A DNA stretch of 64,000 nt. Source: Octopus sinensis (taxonomy: Eukaryota). A program made the translations under genes and the position numbers. The stretch covers positions 206,460,001 to 206,524,000 of the forward strand of contig NC_042998.1 of NCBI RefSeq assembly GCF_006345805.1, read 5' to 3'. The notes under the pieces were generated by a model that ran no database searches, was not told the origin of the DNA, and worked only from the letters and a program-made list of their open reading frames with translations. Below are positions 62,280 to 64,000 of this stretch, one piece after another. The first letter of the stretch is position 1; each line of letters starts with the position of its first letter.

Positions 62280-62675
62280 AGTAAAGTGTGGAGAGTTTGG
62301 TTGTTTCAAGAAGACCAGGTTTCTGCTGTGTAGGATCTCCTTGATTGTGTTGAGGAAGATGAAAATTCTTTGAAAATGGTCTTAACAGGTAATGAATTAA
62401 GGGTCTATGATTATAACCCTGAAACCAAAGCAAAAATAGAACCCCACTCGAAAGGAACAAGACATTGGGGAAATCCCAAAGAATGCAACAAGGCAGCTGC
62501 TTGCTATCCCCAAAAAAGGATTGTTCCAGGAATGGTTCCACCGATGGAAACAACACCGAATAAAGTGTGTAGCTTCAGAAAGGGACCACTTTGAAGGGGA
62601 TCAAACTCCAAATTGATACATGTTGCAGTTTTGTTTTTATGGTACCAGTCCCGGTGCTTTTCGATCAGATCTCAA
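62280..62675 (+). mobile_element. Internally deleted mariner remnant
   Basis: DLLDCVEEDENSLKMVLTGNELRVYDYNPETK (decayed TGDE.W..Y.PETK) fused to FQEWFHRWKQHRIKCVASERDHFEGDQ; TIR-like CAGTCCCGGTGCTTTTCGATCAGA. Confidence 0.82.
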
Positions 62676-62756
62676 ATTTATGAAGGCCATCATCATCATC
62701 ACCATCATTTAACATCCTTTGTCCATGCTGGCATGTATGTACGTATGTATATACAT

Positions 62757-62955
62757 AGTTAATTCAAATATGAAAACACAAAGAGAAAACACAACAATGC
62801 GAGGATGTGGAACAAGTATAGTGTTATTGGACGCTCAGGAAAGGAAGGAAAGAAGGAGAATTTAACGTTTTGAGCGGAGCTCTTCGTCAGACACATAGGA
62901 AAGGTACAAGGAAGGGAAGACAGAGGAAAAAATTGCCAACAATGCACACGCAGTC
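62757..62955 (-). mobile_element. Family H2 repeat; hammerhead motif at 62860-62894 has G12 changed to A
   Basis: GUGU-CUGACGA-A-GAGC(UCC)GCUC-AAAA-CG-UU-AAAU. Confidence 0.75.
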
Positions 62956-62994
62956 CATCATAAATATGTGTGTGTGTGTGTGTATATATATATA

Positions 62995-63337
62995 AAGGGG
63001 GGTAAAGACCCCCTTCGGTCATGAATGACCATGGGTTTGCACCTAGAAAGTTACCCTCTGAGGCACAAGTCTGGGCAAGGTTGTTTATGGAAGACCAGCA
63101 GTTGCCCATGCATACCAGCCTCCCCTCTCCACGCCACTAGTGTTATCCAAGTGAAAGGCAAAGGTCGATACAGCTTGGCACCAGTGACGTCGCAACTCAT
63201 TTCTACAGCTGAGTAAACTGGAGCAACGTGAAATAAAGTACCTTGCTCAAGAACACAGCATGCAGCCCGGTCCGGGATTCGAGCTCACAACCTCATGATC
63301 GTAAGCTCGACGCTCTAACCACTGAGCCATGCGCCTT

Positions 63338-63338
<1 letters not shown>
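62995..63338 (-). mobile_element. tRNA-derived SINE family F
   Basis: Minus strand: TGGCTCAGTGGTTAGAG, GAGCTCGAATCCC, GTGTTCTTGAGCAAGGTACTT, distinct tail GGTCATTCATGACCGAAGGGGG. Confidence 0.85.
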
Positions 63339-63382
<44 letters not shown>

Positions 63383-63387
63383 ATATA

Positions 63388-63590
63388 TAATCCAAACATG
63401 AAAACACAAAGAGAAAACACAACAATGCAAGGACGTGGAACAAGTATAGTATTATTGGATGCTCAGGAAAGGAAAGAAAGAAGGATTTAACGTTTCGAGC
63501 GGAGATCTTCGTCAGAAACATAAGAGGAAAGATCCAAGGAAGAGAAGACGGAAAAAAAAAATCGCCAACGATACACACGCGGTCACATAT
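63388..63590 (-). mobile_element. Family H2 repeat
   Basis: Homologous to 62757-62955 and 11540-11722. Confidence 0.8.
63485..63519 (-). ncRNA. Minimal type I hammerhead ribozyme motif
   Basis: GUUU-CUGACGA-A-GAUC(UCC)GCUC-GAAA-CG-UU-AAAU; core intact, 4 bp stem I, one mismatch in stem II. Confidence 0.65.
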
Positions 63591-63743
63591 TGAATGCATA
63601 TGTATATATGCATATATGTTTATGCATGCGGTGTATGTGTTTGCCTGTATTTCAGGACGTGTTCTTTTATGTATGTATGTTCATGAATTTCTGTGTATAT
63701 ATTTTTTAATGTATCTGTACATATATTTCTGTGATTGCTCTTT

Positions 63744-63779
<36 letters not shown>

Positions 63780-64000
63780 CGTGTGTGTATGTATACTTAT
63801 TTATGTGTGTGCGCATAAAGGCTTAACAAGAAGCAAGGATGTTAAACTCCTCAATCCATCCTCACCTGACTACAAGAGCACCTGTTGCAATATGGTAAAC
63901 TGCTTGTATAAACCAACAACAACACATTATCTGTTATCTTCACTACTACTGCTACAACCACCAAAGTGGCTCCTGTTACCATTCCCTTCATCACTACAAC

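Overview
Eukaryotic, AT-rich, extremely repeat-dense non-coding DNA. The SINE families and microsatellite load look like a coleoid cephalopod genome, most likely Octopus; this is inferred from repeat recognition, not from a search. No intact protein-coding gene can be supported: nearly all listed ORFs are translations of (TA)n, (CA)n, (ATAC)n, (GAT)n or (GA)n tracts or of SINE bodies. Real coding relics are a 5'-truncated, frameshifted CR1/L2-group LINE ORF2 (36.7-38.5 kb), a second CR1-like 3' fragment (15.5-15.8 kb), two mariner transposase remnants (32.4 and 62.3 kb) and a possible hAT remnant. The rest is a mosaic of six SINE-like families (most with tRNA-like heads), TTAA-type (piggyBac-like) MITEs, Helitron-like and fold-back elements, minisatellites and a 1.46 kb tandem duplication. 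The most interesting signal is a set of minimal hammerhead-ribozyme (HHR) motifs in up to three unrelated repeat families. One is a head-to-head inverted dimer that couples a tRNA-like Pol III head to an HHR (52.6-53.1 kb, with a second locus at 15.1-15.5 kb). Also notable: the dominant SINE and the LINE share a 3' tail with a covarying stem-loop, and the tandem duplication shows a clear SINE-mediated unequal-crossover signature. Two short exon-like segments on the minus strand are low-confidence candidates only. Repeat boundaries are approximate (about +/-10-20 bp).
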